Origin: Bacillota bacterium
Lineage (GTDB): Bacteria > Bacillota > Sulfobacillia > Sulfobacillales > JAIMBI01
Assembly (NCBI GenBank): GCA_021820465.1
Contig: JAKADP010000002.1
Location: forward strand, 39,301 to 103,300
Direction: 5' to 3'
DNA: 64,000 nt
Shown here: positions 8,823 to 17,819 of the stretch, piece by piece
Layout of the letters: every line of letters begins with the position of its first letter
How positions within the stretch are numbered: position 1 is the stretch's first letter
Position numbers and translations under genes: made by a program
Notes under the pieces: model-generated
Database searches by the model: none
What the model was told of the DNA's origin: nothing
The model's input: the letters and a program-made list of their open reading frames with translations, nothing else

Positions 8823-9341
8823 ATAAAGGACCTCAGGGTCAACGACGAGATTCGTGCGCGGGAAGTGCGGCTGGTGGGCGACGGCGGGGAGCAGCTGGGC
8901 ATTGTGGCGCTGCGGGACGCGCTCCGGATGGCGGTGGAGCGCCGCGTAGACCTCGTCGAGGTGTCACCCACGTCGCGGCCGCCGGTGTGCCGGCTGATGG
9001 ATTACGGCCGCTTTAAGTACGAGCAGCAGAAGCGCGAGCGCGAGTCGCGGAAGAAGCAGCACGTGGTGTCGGTCAAGGAAATCAAGATGCGGCCCACGAT
9101 CGACGACCATGACTACGAGTTCAAGAAGCGAAACGCCGCCCGCTTCTTGGAAGACGGTGACAAAGTCAAGGTGACAGTGACGTTTCGGGGCCGCGAGATT
9201 GTCCACTCGGAGCACGCACGGGTTTTGCTGAACAAAATGGCCCAAGAGGTGGAGGCCCAGGGACTGGTGGAGCGGGCCGCCCGGGTGGAGGGGCGCGCTA
9301 TGATCATGATCCTGGCCCCGAAGAAAGGCGCCAACGCGTGA
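8823..9341 (+). CDS. infC: translation initiation factor IF-3 (probable AUA start)
   Basis: KDLRVNDEIRAREVRLV, PPVCRLMDYGRFKYE, FRGRE; GGAGG at 8811-8815 is 7 nt before in-frame ATA. Confidence 0.95.
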   Translation: MKDLRVNDEIRAREVRLVGDGGEQLGIVALRDALRMAVERRVDLVEVSPTSRPPVCRLMDYGRFKYEQQKRERESRKKQHVVSVKEIKMRPTIDDHDYEFKKRNAARFLEDGDKVKVTVTFRGREIVHSEHARVLLNKMAQEVEAQGLVERAARVEGRAMIMILAPKKGANA

Positions 9342-9385
9342 TGGAGCGGCCCGCCGGTATCTAACGCAGTTAAGGATGTGGAGAA

Positions 9386-9586
9386 GTGCCTAAGATGAAA
9401 TCGCACCGCGGCGCTAAGAAGCGCCTGCGAGTCACCGGCACCGGGAAATTGGTGCACAAGCGCGCTGGCCGCAACCACATGCTGTATGGCAAGAGTGCCA
9501 GTCGCCGCCGTCGGCTCCGGGCGGCAGGCAGCCTCTCCAAGGGAGACACCGCCCGGACGAAGGCGCTCATGCCGTACGACCAGTAG
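9386..9586 (+). CDS. rpmI: 50S ribosomal protein L35
   Basis: PKMKSHRGAKKRLRVTGTGK. Confidence 0.96.
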   Translation: MPKMKSHRGAKKRLRVTGTGKLVHKRAGRNHMLYGKSASRRRRLRAAGSLSKGDTARTKALMPYDQ

Positions 9587-9647
9587 GTGCTGGCACCCGG
9601 TCTTTTGGCAGCACCAGGGTTCAACGGCTCGCTGAGGAGGAAATAGA

Positions 9648-10001
9648 GTGGCTCGGGTAAAGAATGGCATGGTGCGGCATCGGCGGCACAAAAAGATTCT
9701 CAAGTTGGCCCGAGGGTATCGTGGATCGCGCCATCGGCTGTTTCGCCCGGCCAACGAGGCGGTTCTGCATGCCCTGTGGTACGCCTACAAGCACCGCAAG
9801 AAGCGGAAGGGTGACTTTCGCCGCCTGTGGATCATTCGGATCAACGCAGCGGCGCGCATGCATGGGCTCTCCTACAGCACGCTCATGTTCGGCTTGAAGC
9901 GGGCCGGCGTGCAGCTGAACCGCAAGATGCTGGCCGACATGGCGGTGCGCGACCAGGAGAGCTTTGGGCGGCTGGTGGGGATGGCTAAGGGTCAGCTGTA
10001 G
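9648..10001 (+). CDS. rplT: 50S ribosomal protein L20
   Basis: ARVK..RRHKKILKLARGYRG, FRRLWIIRINAA, LNRKMLADMA. Confidence 0.97.
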   Translation: MARVKNGMVRHRRHKKILKLARGYRGSRHRLFRPANEAVLHALWYAYKHRKKRKGDFRRLWIIRINAAARMHGLSYSTLMFGLKRAGVQLNRKMLADMAVRDQESFGRLVGMAKGQL

Positions 10002-10003
10002 CC

Positions 10004-10792
10004 GTGGGTGTGGTGCTGCGTCCGCTGGACGACCCGCAGAACAAAGTGGTCAAGGCCGCCGCGCGCCTCGGCGTGAGTCGCGAGGCGCGCGAGCGGGCGG
10101 GCCAGGCGCTGGTGGAAGGCCCGCACGCCGTCGAAGAGGCGCTGGCCCACGGCGTGGCCGTGCGCACCGTGCTTTACAGCGCGCGCCTCTTGGACCGCCC
10201 CGGCGGGCGGGATCTGCTGGATCGCACCACATGGACGCGTGCGCGCATGATTTATGTCACCGACCGCGTGTTGGACACCGTGACGCAGGTGGAGTCGCAC
10301 CAGGGCATCGCTGCCGTCGTCGCGTGTGACTTGCCCTGCGCCGCCGTGGTGCCGGCGGCCCCCGCCCTCGTGCTGGAAGCGGTCCAGGATCCCGCCAACC
10401 TCGGGGCACTGGTGCGCTCGGCGGTGGCCTTCGGGTTTCGCGTGGGGGTGACGCGCGGGTCGGTGGATCCGTTCAACCCCAAGGCGTTTCGGGCCTCCGC
10501 GGCCACCATGTTTCGCGCAGGCCTGGTGCGGCTGGACTACGCGTGGTCCGTGCCAGCGGGCGTGAGCTTGGTGGTCAGCTCGCCGGCGGGCAACGTGCCG
10601 TATACGGACTGGGACTGGTCCCGCCCCACGGCGCTGGTGGTGGGCAACGAGGGCGCAGGCGTGTCGTCCGAGCTGGCCGACCGCGCGGTGGCCCGCCTCT
10701 GCATTCCGATGACTCCCGGCACTGAGTCGCTGAATGTGGCGGCTGCTGGCGCCGTCATTATGGCCGACGCCTATCACCGCCGCCCCTCCTGA
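10004..10792 (+). CDS. TrmH/SpoU-family RNA 2'-O-methyltransferase
   Basis: QDPANLGALVRSA, VGNEGAGVS, IPM...ESLNVA. Confidence 0.9.
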   Translation: MGVVLRPLDDPQNKVVKAAARLGVSREARERAGQALVEGPHAVEEALAHGVAVRTVLYSARLLDRPGGRDLLDRTTWTRARMIYVTDRVLDTVTQVESHQGIAAVVACDLPCAAVVPAAPALVLEAVQDPANLGALVRSAVAFGFRVGVTRGSVDPFNPKAFRASAATMFRAGLVRLDYAWSVPAGVSLVVSSPAGNVPYTDWDWSRPTALVVGNEGAGVSSELADRAVARLCIPMTPGTESLNVAAAGAVIMADAYHRRPS

Positions 10793-10871
10793 CCCCCGGC
10801 GCGCATGCGCCGGCGCCCGCCGTTGCACAGTAAGACACACGTCAGCTGGCGGCGGCAGGAGGGAGCGGGTC

Positions 10872-12827
10872 ATGGCCCCAAAGAGCAAACCAGCGCTGCA
10901 TCCGCGCAAGGGGGCACACCCGCATCCCCCATCGCCGCCCGGGCTCCAGGCGGCGCTCGCGCTGCGCCGTGAGCCGTGGCCGTGGCGCAAGGCGATCGGC
11001 GCCCCCATCGCCACCGCGATGGCGATGGCGCTGGGGTTGGCGCTGGGCCACTTTTCCTGGGGCACATGGGCGTTTATGGGGGCATTCACATCGATGTATG
11101 TGGATCCCATGCCGTATGGCCCGCGCGCCCGCCGGCTGCTGGCCGTGGGACTGGGCCTCGCGGCGGCCATGGCCGTCGGGTCGCTGGCGGCCGTGAGCTG
11201 GTGGACGATGGCGGTGGGCCTCGCGGTGGTGGCCGGGATGGGGACGTTTCTCACCGGAGCCTACGACGTCCCCTTGCCGGCCGGGTTTATGTTTGTGCTG
11301 GTGGCGTGCATTGCCGCCGCGCTGCCCGTCCATCCCGCGCTGACCCCCCTTCGGGTCGGATGGGCCCTCGCCGGGGCAGCCCTGGCTTGGCTCGTGGGCA
11401 TGGCGGGCTGGGGCTGGCACCCCCGGCGGCCCGAGCAGCAGGCGGTGGCCCACGCATTGGGGGCGCTGGCCCGCTATGCCGTGCATGCGGGGGGGCCCGG
11501 GGGATTTCGCGCGGAAGCTCAGGCGGCGCAGGCCGTGGCGGCGGCGGAGGCGGCTGTGGCTCCGCTGGCGCGCCTGAGGTTCCGGGGGCCGGACGCCACG
11601 CGCCTCGTGCTCTTGGCTCACGAGACCCGCCGGCTGTTTGATGCGCTGGCGCTGGAAGCCCCGCCGGCCCCCGCACGGGCTCAGGTGGGCCGCATCCGGC
11701 GCGCCGCCGACGCGGTGACCGGCGAGGTGTCGCCCCAGCGGGCGCCTGAGGCTGGGGGAGGACGTGTCGGGCGGGCTTTGGCCCGCCTCGAGCGGATACT
11801 GGTGTTTCGCGGCAGCTGGCCTGGCCTCGTCCCGGCCGCGAGCGGTGGGCCACCGACCCCCGGGGAGCGCCTGCGCGCGGCGTGGGGACGCACGTCGCTG
11901 GTCCGGGTGGACGCACTTCGCATGGCCTTGGCCGTCGCGGGGGGCACGGCGCTGGCGGGGGGGCTGGGCGAGGCTCATCCGTATTGGGTGCCGCTCACCA
12001 TCGCCGCTGTCCTGCAGGGGCAGAGCGTTCTAGGGATGCTGGAGCGAGGCATTCAGCGGGTGGCGGGGACAACAGTGGGGCTGGCGCTGGCGGGCGGGCT
12101 TCTGGTGTGGCACCCGGCGCCGTGGGCTACCGTGGCCGTCATGCTGGTGCTGCAGTTCCTGCTTCTGCTGTTCATCCGCGCCAACTATGGCGTGTCCGTG
12201 GTGTTCATCACGGCGCTGGCGCTGATCATCATCGTGACGGAGGTGCATGGGCCGGTTGGGCCTCTGCTGTGGGCCCGGTGGGTGGACACCCTGGGTGGGG
12301 TGCTGCTGGCCAGCCTGGCTCTGTGGCGCCTGTGGCCGCGCGACGCCTCCCGCCGGCTGCCGGCGGCCTTGGCCGAGGTGGTGGAGCAGGCGGGGCGCCT
12401 CTGGCGGCAGCGCCTGGCGGGGCCGGGGCCCGACCCCGCCACCGCGGCGCGGCTTGGGGCCGCCGTCGCGACCCTCGGGACGCTCAGTGCCGACGCCGCA
12501 GCGGAGTGGCAGCGCTCCCCCCGACTCGAGCGCCTCTGGCCGGCGATTGTCGGGGCCCGCCGCCTGGCCTGGGTGGTGCGGGCGGGGGCGTGCCGCCCTG
12601 CAGACACTCGCGCGGAGCAGGACGCCTGGACCCATGCCTTTGACCGCCTCGCCGCGGCCGCCCGGACGGGGTCTCTGCCAGAGTCTGGGCCCCTCAGGCG
12701 GCCAGCGACCGCGCCGGCGGTGCACGCCAGCCTGCTGACGCTGGATCGGGCCCTTGCGCGGGCGGCCAGCGCCGCGGAGGGAGGACGCGGCCCCGCGGCG
12801 CCCGCCGGCCAGCCGACGCCATCTTGA
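10872..12827 (+). CDS. FUSC/ArAE-family efflux membrane protein
   Basis: Two TM blocks; HPYWVPLT, RGIQRVAGT, RWVDTLGG; GGAGGGAG RBS. Confidence 0.85.
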   Translation: MAPKSKPALHPRKGAHPHPPSPPGLQAALALRREPWPWRKAIGAPIATAMAMALGLALGHFSWGTWAFMGAFTSMYVDPMPYGPRARRLLAVGLGLAAAMAVGSLAAVSWWTMAVGLAVVAGMGTFLTGAYDVPLPAGFMFVLVACIAAALPVHPALTPLRVGWALAGAALAWLVGMAGWGWHPRRPEQQAVAHALGALARYAVHAGGPGGFRAEAQAAQAVAAAEAAVAPLARLRFRGPDATRLVLLAHETRRLFDALALEAPPAPARAQVGRIRRAADAVTGEVSPQRAPEAGGGRVGRALARLERILVFRGSWPGLVPAASGGPPTPGERLRAAWGRTSLVRVDALRMALAVAGGTALAGGLGEAHPYWVPLTIAAVLQGQSVLGMLERGIQRVAGTTVGLALAGGLLVWHPAPWATVAVMLVLQFLLLLFIRANYGVSVVFITALALIIIVTEVHGPVGPLLWARWVDTLGGVLLASLALWRLWPRDASRRLPAALAEVVEQAGRLWRQRLAGPGPDPATAARLGAAVATLGTLSADAAAEWQRSPRLERLWPAIVGARRLAWVVRAGACRPADTRAEQDAWTHAFDRLAAAARTGSLPESGPLRRPATAPAVHASLLTLDRALARAASAAEGGRGPAAPAGQPTPS

Positions 12828-12852
12828 CTTTGCGCATCCGCCCCGCTAGCAT
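12824..12852 (+). promoter_or_regulatory. sigma-A promoter of pheST leader
   Basis: TTGACT-17 nt-TAGCAT; the -35 contains the FUSC stop codon. Confidence 0.7.
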
Positions 12853-12867
12853 CAGCAAAAATTGAAC

Positions 12868-13110
12868 TCGATGACCAAGACAAGTAGCTCTCACCCGACG
12901 CCCAGGAAGCGCTTCCGAAGGGATCTCCCGGGATTGGAAGAAGCGTGCGGCGGGCCAGCGAAATTCCCTTGCGAGAGGCGCCCTGAACACCGTGGCTCGG
13001 CACGGAGTAGGGGTGACGGGGGCGCCCGATAGCGCGCGGAGAGCCGGCTTTGGCCGGAAATCAGGTGGTACCGCGAGCAAATCGCCCTGTGGGGGCGATT
13101 TTTTGTTTTG
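12868..13110 (+). ncRNA. T-box riboswitch (Phe)
   Basis: GATGA...AGTA, specifier GAAA-TTC (12964-12966), T-box AGGTGGTACCGCG, terminator ATCGCCC...GGGCGAT-T-tract. Confidence 0.92.
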
Positions 13111-13132
13111 CGGCGTGAAGGGAGGGTGCCCG

Positions 13133-14176
13133 ATGGCGCGCAGGATGGGCAGCGAGGAGTGGGCCACCGCGGCGCTGGCCGAAATCGCGGCGGCCAAGAC
13201 GGTGGCGGACGTCGAGGCGCTCCGGGTCCAGTACCTGGGGCGGCAGGGCCGCGTGACGCGCGAGCTGCGGGCGATGGCGGGTCTGCCGCCCGACGAGCGG
13301 CGAGCGCGGGGCGCGGTGCTGAACGCCTGCAAGGCCGATATCGAGCAGGCGCTGGCCCAGCAGCGGGAAGTGCTGACACGGGCGGAGCAGGCCCAGCGCC
13401 TGGAGGCGGAGCGGCTGGATATGACGCTGCCAGGGGTGCCGCCGGCGTGGGGCACGATGCACCCCATCACCCGGGTGCGGCGGCGTCTGGCCGACGTCAT
13501 GGTGCGGCTGGGCTTCACGATCCGCACCGGGCCTGAGCTGGAAACCGAGTGGTACAACTTTGAGGCCCTGAACATGCCGGCGGAGCACCCGGCCCGGGAG
13601 ATGCACGACACATTTTATCTGGAGGCGCCGTACGTGCTGCGCACGCACACCTCGCCCTTTCAGATTCGTGCCATGCGGGAGGCCGGCGGAGAGCTGCCCC
13701 TGCGGGTGGCCACGCTGGGCTTCACCTACCGCCGCGACGATGATGCCACGCACACGCCGCAGTTCATGCAGATGGAAGGGCTGGTGGTGGATCGTGGCAT
13801 TGGGCTGCCCGACTTGAAGGGCGTGGTGTTGGCGGTCGTGCGGGACGTGTTTGGCCCGACGGAGCGCGTCCGGCTTCGCCCCAGCTTCTTTCCGTTCACC
13901 GAGCCCTCGGCGGAGGTGGACATGAGCTGTCCGCTGTGCCTGGGCGCCGGGTGCCGCGTGTGCCACACGGGCTGGATCGAGGTGTTGGGATCTGGCCTGG
14001 TGCATCCCCGGGTGTTGGAGGCGGGGGGGTATGACCCCCGCGAGGTGTCGGGCTTTGCCTTCGGGTGGGGCGTGGAGCGTGTGGCCATGCTCCTGTACGG
14101 CCTTGACGAGCTGCGTCCGCTCTATCAAAACGATGTGCGCTTCCTGCAGGCGTTTGACGCGTGGGGCGCCTGGTGA
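13133..14176 (+). CDS. pheS: phenylalanyl-tRNA synthetase alpha subunit
   Basis: HPAREMHDTFY, LRTHTSP, FPFTEPS, GFAFGWGVER. Confidence 0.97.
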   Translation: MARRMGSEEWATAALAEIAAAKTVADVEALRVQYLGRQGRVTRELRAMAGLPPDERRARGAVLNACKADIEQALAQQREVLTRAEQAQRLEAERLDMTLPGVPPAWGTMHPITRVRRRLADVMVRLGFTIRTGPELETEWYNFEALNMPAEHPAREMHDTFYLEAPYVLRTHTSPFQIRAMREAGGELPLRVATLGFTYRRDDDATHTPQFMQMEGLVVDRGIGLPDLKGVVLAVVRDVFGPTERVRLRPSFFPFTEPSAEVDMSCPLCLGAGCRVCHTGWIEVLGSGLVHPRVLEAGGYDPREVSGFAFGWGVERVAMLLYGLDELRPLYQNDVRFLQAFDAWGAW

Positions 14177-14225
14177 GCAGGGGCCCTCATTCCGGGGAGA
14201 TGCGACGGGGAACAGGAGGTGTGAT

Positions 14226-16562
14226 GTGGACCTGCCGATGAGTTGGCTCCGGGAGTGGCTGCCGGGTCTGGAGCTGGAGCCCGAGCGCATTGCCGCGCAG
14301 CTGGAGCAGATGGGTTACGAGCGGGATGGGCTCGTGGCCGGCGAGGCGGATCTGGCCGCGGTGCGGCTGGGGCAGGTGCAGGAGCGGCGGGCTCATCCCG
14401 CCGCTGACCGCCTGGCGGTGCTCATCGTGTCCGTGGGGGCGGGCGAGCCGGTGCAGGTGGTCACCGGCGCCCCCAACGGCCACCCGGGCGACCGGGTGTG
14501 GCACGCCCCGCCCGGGACCCGGCTGCCTGACGGGCGCCAGTTGGGTGTGGAGCACTTTCGCGGCGTGCGGTCCGACGGCATGTTGCTGTCGGCCGAGGAG
14601 CTGGGCTATGTGGGCGCGGGCGGCGGCTTGTGGATTTGGGAGGGGCCGGGGCAGGTGGGGGACCGATGGCCAGCGGTCATGGGCACCGAGGCCGTCCTCC
14701 AACTCTCCCTCACCCCGAACTTGGCGCAGTATGCCCACTCCGTGCTGGGCGTGGCGCGCGACTTGGCGGCCTTGGCGCGCCAGCCGCTGCCGCCGCTGCC
14801 TGCAGGCCTTCCCTTGACGGGTGGCGACGCGCTGGTGCAGATTGACGCCCAGGATTTGTGCCCGCGCTACGCGGTGGCTCAGCTGGCGTGCGCGGCCCCG
14901 TCGGCGGGCGTCCCCCCGCTGTGGCAGCGGCGCCTGGCCCTAGCCGGGGCTCGGCTCATCCATCCGATCGTAGACGCCACGAACGCCGTGCGCATCGACA
15001 TGGGCCAGCCGCTGCACGCGTTTGACTTGGACCGAGTGCGGCTGCCGCTGGTGGTGCGGCGCGCCGCGGCCGGCGAGCGGCTCGTGCTGTTGGATGGAAC
15101 CACGGTGACGCTGGGCTCAGAGGACCTTGTCATCGCCGATGCGGATGGGCCGGTCGCGCTGGCGGGTGTGATGGGTGGTCAGCGGTCGGCCGTGACGGCG
15201 GACACCCGCCGCGTGCTGCTGGAGTCGGCCCACTTCGACCGCGCGAGCGTCTACCGCACGGCCCGGCGGCATCATTTGGGGAGCGACGCGGCGGCGCGGT
15301 TTGGGCGCGGAACCGACGTGGAGGCGGTGCTGCCCGCCGTGGCCCGGTTTGTGGACCTCCTGCGCACGTTCGGTGTGGACGTGGCGGTGGAGGCGGTCCA
15401 GGTGGTGGGGCCCCCTCCCCGACCCCGCCATACCGCGTTTCAGCCGGAGCGCCTCCGCACGTGGACCGGCCTGGCCCTGGACGACGCGGAGCTGGCGCGC
15501 CACCTGGAACGCTCCGGTTTCACGCTGGAAGCCGGCCGCATTCGCGTGCCCAGCTGGCGAGTGGACATCGAGGGGCCGCAGGACCTTGCCGAGGAAGTGA
15601 CGCGGCTGGTGGGGATGGATGCTGTGCCGGCGCGGCTGCCGGAGCGGGCCACCCCAGGTGTCGGGGACCCCGATACCCGGCAGGCCGATCAGCTGCGCGA
15701 TTGGCTGGTGGCCGGGGGGTTCGTGGAAGTCGTCTCGCGGAACTTCATTCCGCGCGGTGTGTCGGAGCGCCTAGGCCTCGTCCCACCCATGCATGTGCTG
15801 AAAAACCCGCTCCGCGAGGAAGAAGCCGTGATGCGCACCAGCGTGTGGCCTGGCCTCCTGGAGGCGGCGCGCTACAACCGGGGCCGCGGCGGTGATCGGC
15901 TGGCGCTGTTTGAGGTGGGCCCCGTGTACCAGGGCACGCCCGCAGCTCCCGTGGAAAGCGTGGAAGCCGGCGTCCTGGCCATCCTGGGTGAGTGGCCCGG
16001 CCTGTTTGGGACGTTGCGGCAGTCGGTGTACGACCTCAAGGGCCTCGTGGAGGAAATCTCCCGCCGCCTGGGCTGGGGGTTTGATTGGGCCCCGTGGGCC
16101 GGGCCCGCCGGCGCACTGCACCCCGGGCGCTCGCTGGCCATTGTGCGCGATGGCCAGGTGTGGGGAGCCCTGGGCGAGCTGCACCCAGCGGTGCTGGAGG
16201 AGTGGCGGCTGCCCCGCACGGCGGTCGCCCGCTGGCAGGTGCCGCCCGTGGTGGCGGGGCGGGAGCGCGGGGGCCCGCGGCCCCTGCCACCGCCCCCGTA
16301 CCCCGCCGTGCGGCGCGACGTGTCCCTGCTGGTGCCCGATGGAATGCCCTGGGCCCACATTGCCGCCTTGCTGCGGCGCCACGCAGGACCCGACGTGGAG
16401 TCTATTCGGCCCTTCGACCGGTACGTGGACCCGTCGGGGACCGCGGTGACGGTGGCCATCCGCTACCGGGCGGCGGATCGCACGCTGACCGACGCCGACG
16501 TGGACAGCCGGCAAGCCGCGCTGGTGGCGGCGCTGGCCGAGGCGGGCATTACGCGGCGCTGA
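14226..16562 (+). CDS. pheT: phenylalanyl-tRNA synthetase beta subunit
   Basis: HPAADRL, LTPN, GQPLHAFD, DLAEEV, YPAVRRD; AGGAGG RBS with GTG start. Confidence 0.95.
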   Translation: MDLPMSWLREWLPGLELEPERIAAQLEQMGYERDGLVAGEADLAAVRLGQVQERRAHPAADRLAVLIVSVGAGEPVQVVTGAPNGHPGDRVWHAPPGTRLPDGRQLGVEHFRGVRSDGMLLSAEELGYVGAGGGLWIWEGPGQVGDRWPAVMGTEAVLQLSLTPNLAQYAHSVLGVARDLAALARQPLPPLPAGLPLTGGDALVQIDAQDLCPRYAVAQLACAAPSAGVPPLWQRRLALAGARLIHPIVDATNAVRIDMGQPLHAFDLDRVRLPLVVRRAAAGERLVLLDGTTVTLGSEDLVIADADGPVALAGVMGGQRSAVTADTRRVLLESAHFDRASVYRTARRHHLGSDAAARFGRGTDVEAVLPAVARFVDLLRTFGVDVAVEAVQVVGPPPRPRHTAFQPERLRTWTGLALDDAELARHLERSGFTLEAGRIRVPSWRVDIEGPQDLAEEVTRLVGMDAVPARLPERATPGVGDPDTRQADQLRDWLVAGGFVEVVSRNFIPRGVSERLGLVPPMHVLKNPLREEEAVMRTSVWPGLLEAARYNRGRGGDRLALFEVGPVYQGTPAAPVESVEAGVLAILGEWPGLFGTLRQSVYDLKGLVEEISRRLGWGFDWAPWAGPAGALHPGRSLAIVRDGQVWGALGELHPAVLEEWRLPRTAVARWQVPPVVAGRERGGPRPLPPPPYPAVRRDVSLLVPDGMPWAHIAALLRRHAGPDVESIRPFDRYVDPSGTAVTVAIRYRAADRTLTDADVDSRQAALVAALAEAGITRR

Positions 16563-16600
16563 CCTAAGAGGCGTGTGGTGTCAAAAAAAGTCGAGGTGGG

Positions 16601-16628
16601 GCAGGAAAAGAGGCGCATCGGCGAGAAT
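16601..16628 (+). promoter_or_regulatory. putative sigma-H-type promoter of zapA
   Basis: GCAGGAAAA...GAAT, 18 nt between AGGA and GAAT. Confidence 0.45.
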
Positions 16629-16653
16629 GAGTCGCCAGAAGTAGCGGGGAGGG

Positions 16654-16974
16654 ATGGCAATGGCGGGTTCCGAGGGCGGGACCGTCACCCGCACGGTGGT
16701 GGCGATCTACGGCGAGGAGTATCCCCTGGTGAGCGACCTGCCCCCGGAAGCGGTGCACGCGCTGGGACGCATGGTCGACACGCGGCTCCGCATGCTGGCG
16801 GCCAAGCACCCGCGCGTGCCGTCGACGCGGCTGTCCATTTTGACGGCCCTGACCCTGGCGGAAGAGCTGGCGCGGACCAAGGCGGAGCACGCCGAGGCCG
16901 TGGCGGCCCTGCAGGCCCAGTGGCGGCGCGAATCCAACACCCGCCGCGTGGGCCAGGGCGGCCAAAGCAGCTAG
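16654..16974 (+). CDS. zapA: cell division protein ZapA
   Basis: VAIYGEEYPL...VDTRLR...LSILTALTLAEEL; conserved position after pheT. Confidence 0.88.
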   Translation: MAMAGSEGGTVTRTVVAIYGEEYPLVSDLPPEAVHALGRMVDTRLRMLAAKHPRVPSTRLSILTALTLAEELARTKAEHAEAVAALQAQWRRESNTRRVGQGGQSS

Positions 16975-17020
16975 GCACAGCCAAGCGGGCCGGCGTGGGT
17001 GCGGCCCGCTTTGCTGTGCC
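16974..17020 (+). terminator. hairpin after zapA
   Basis: GGCACAGC-CAAGCGGGCCG ... CGGCCCGCTTT-GCTGTGCC inverted repeat. Confidence 0.55.
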
Positions 17021-17129
17021 TGCCCGGCGCTCGGCGTTGCGCGACCGAGTGCTGCGCGGTGTTCCGCGGGTTATTCTAGAGACGCGAGCTGTGGCAAGGA
17101 TTGAGCCGGTGGACGGAAGGGGGCGGGCC

Positions 17130-17819
17130 GTGGGCGGATCTTTGTGGGTGGTGTCTCAGGGCACCGCCCTGACGGCAGGCGCACAGCGGGGAGACGTCGA
17201 CGTGCGCTTGGGCGCGGCGGACACGCCGCGCAGCACCACGGTCCGTGCGGCCCTGCTGACCGGGCAGAACCCGCTGGCGGCCGCGGGAGCGCCCCAGCGC
17301 GGGCGCCCCACGCCGGCGCTGAGCGCCTTCGTGCGCCAACATGTGCTCTGGGCCGGGCCCCGGGACCTCTGGGCCAACGCCCATCGGCCGGATGCGTTTC
17401 GGGGCGAGCCATCGGTGATGATGGTGGCCGCGGCCGCGGCCGGCGTCACCGTCCGCACCGTGGGCCACCTTCGCCGGGGCGAGGCGGTGGCCGGTGACGT
17501 CACCGGGGCGTCCCTGATTCGCCGCGGGCATTCTGACCTGATGCCAGACACGCCCGAGCGCGTCGTGGAGCGGCTCGCGGGCTGGGCGGCCCTTGGCCAC
17601 CGCGTGTGGTGGGAGCTCGATCCCCACGTGGATGGCGGGGTGGTGGACGCGGTTCTGTCGGCGCTAGGACAGCGGGGCGTGCGGTGGGCGGCCATCGGGC
17701 TGCCGGGGCCGGGGGTCGACGTGTGGCCCGATGCGGTTGCCGTGTGGAGTGGCGTAGACTGGACGCCGCCTGCCGCCATCACGGAGCTGCTGCCCTCGTG
17801 GTGGCGGCAGGCGCCGTGA
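17130..17819 (+). CDS. degenerate metalloenzyme (alkaline phosphatase/iPGM superfamily)-like protein
   Basis: DVRLGAADTPRSTTVRAALLTGQN, WANA, LRRGEAVAGDVTG resemble the LGV.GLPQSATGQTALLTG.N family; stop overlaps mutS2 start (GTGA). Confidence 0.5.
   Translation: MGGSLWVVSQGTALTAGAQRGDVDVRLGAADTPRSTTVRAALLTGQNPLAAAGAPQRGRPTPALSAFVRQHVLWAGPRDLWANAHRPDAFRGEPSVMMVAAAAAGVTVRTVGHLRRGEAVAGDVTGASLIRRGHSDLMPDTPERVVERLAGWAALGHRVWWELDPHVDGGVVDAVLSALGQRGVRWAAIGLPGPGVDVWPDAVAVWSGVDWTPPAAITELLPSWWRQAP

Noticed and set aside
16575-17129. 414-aa ORF spanning zapA
   Set aside because: The 5' half overlaps zapA and its hairpin out of frame; only the part from 17130 looks coding
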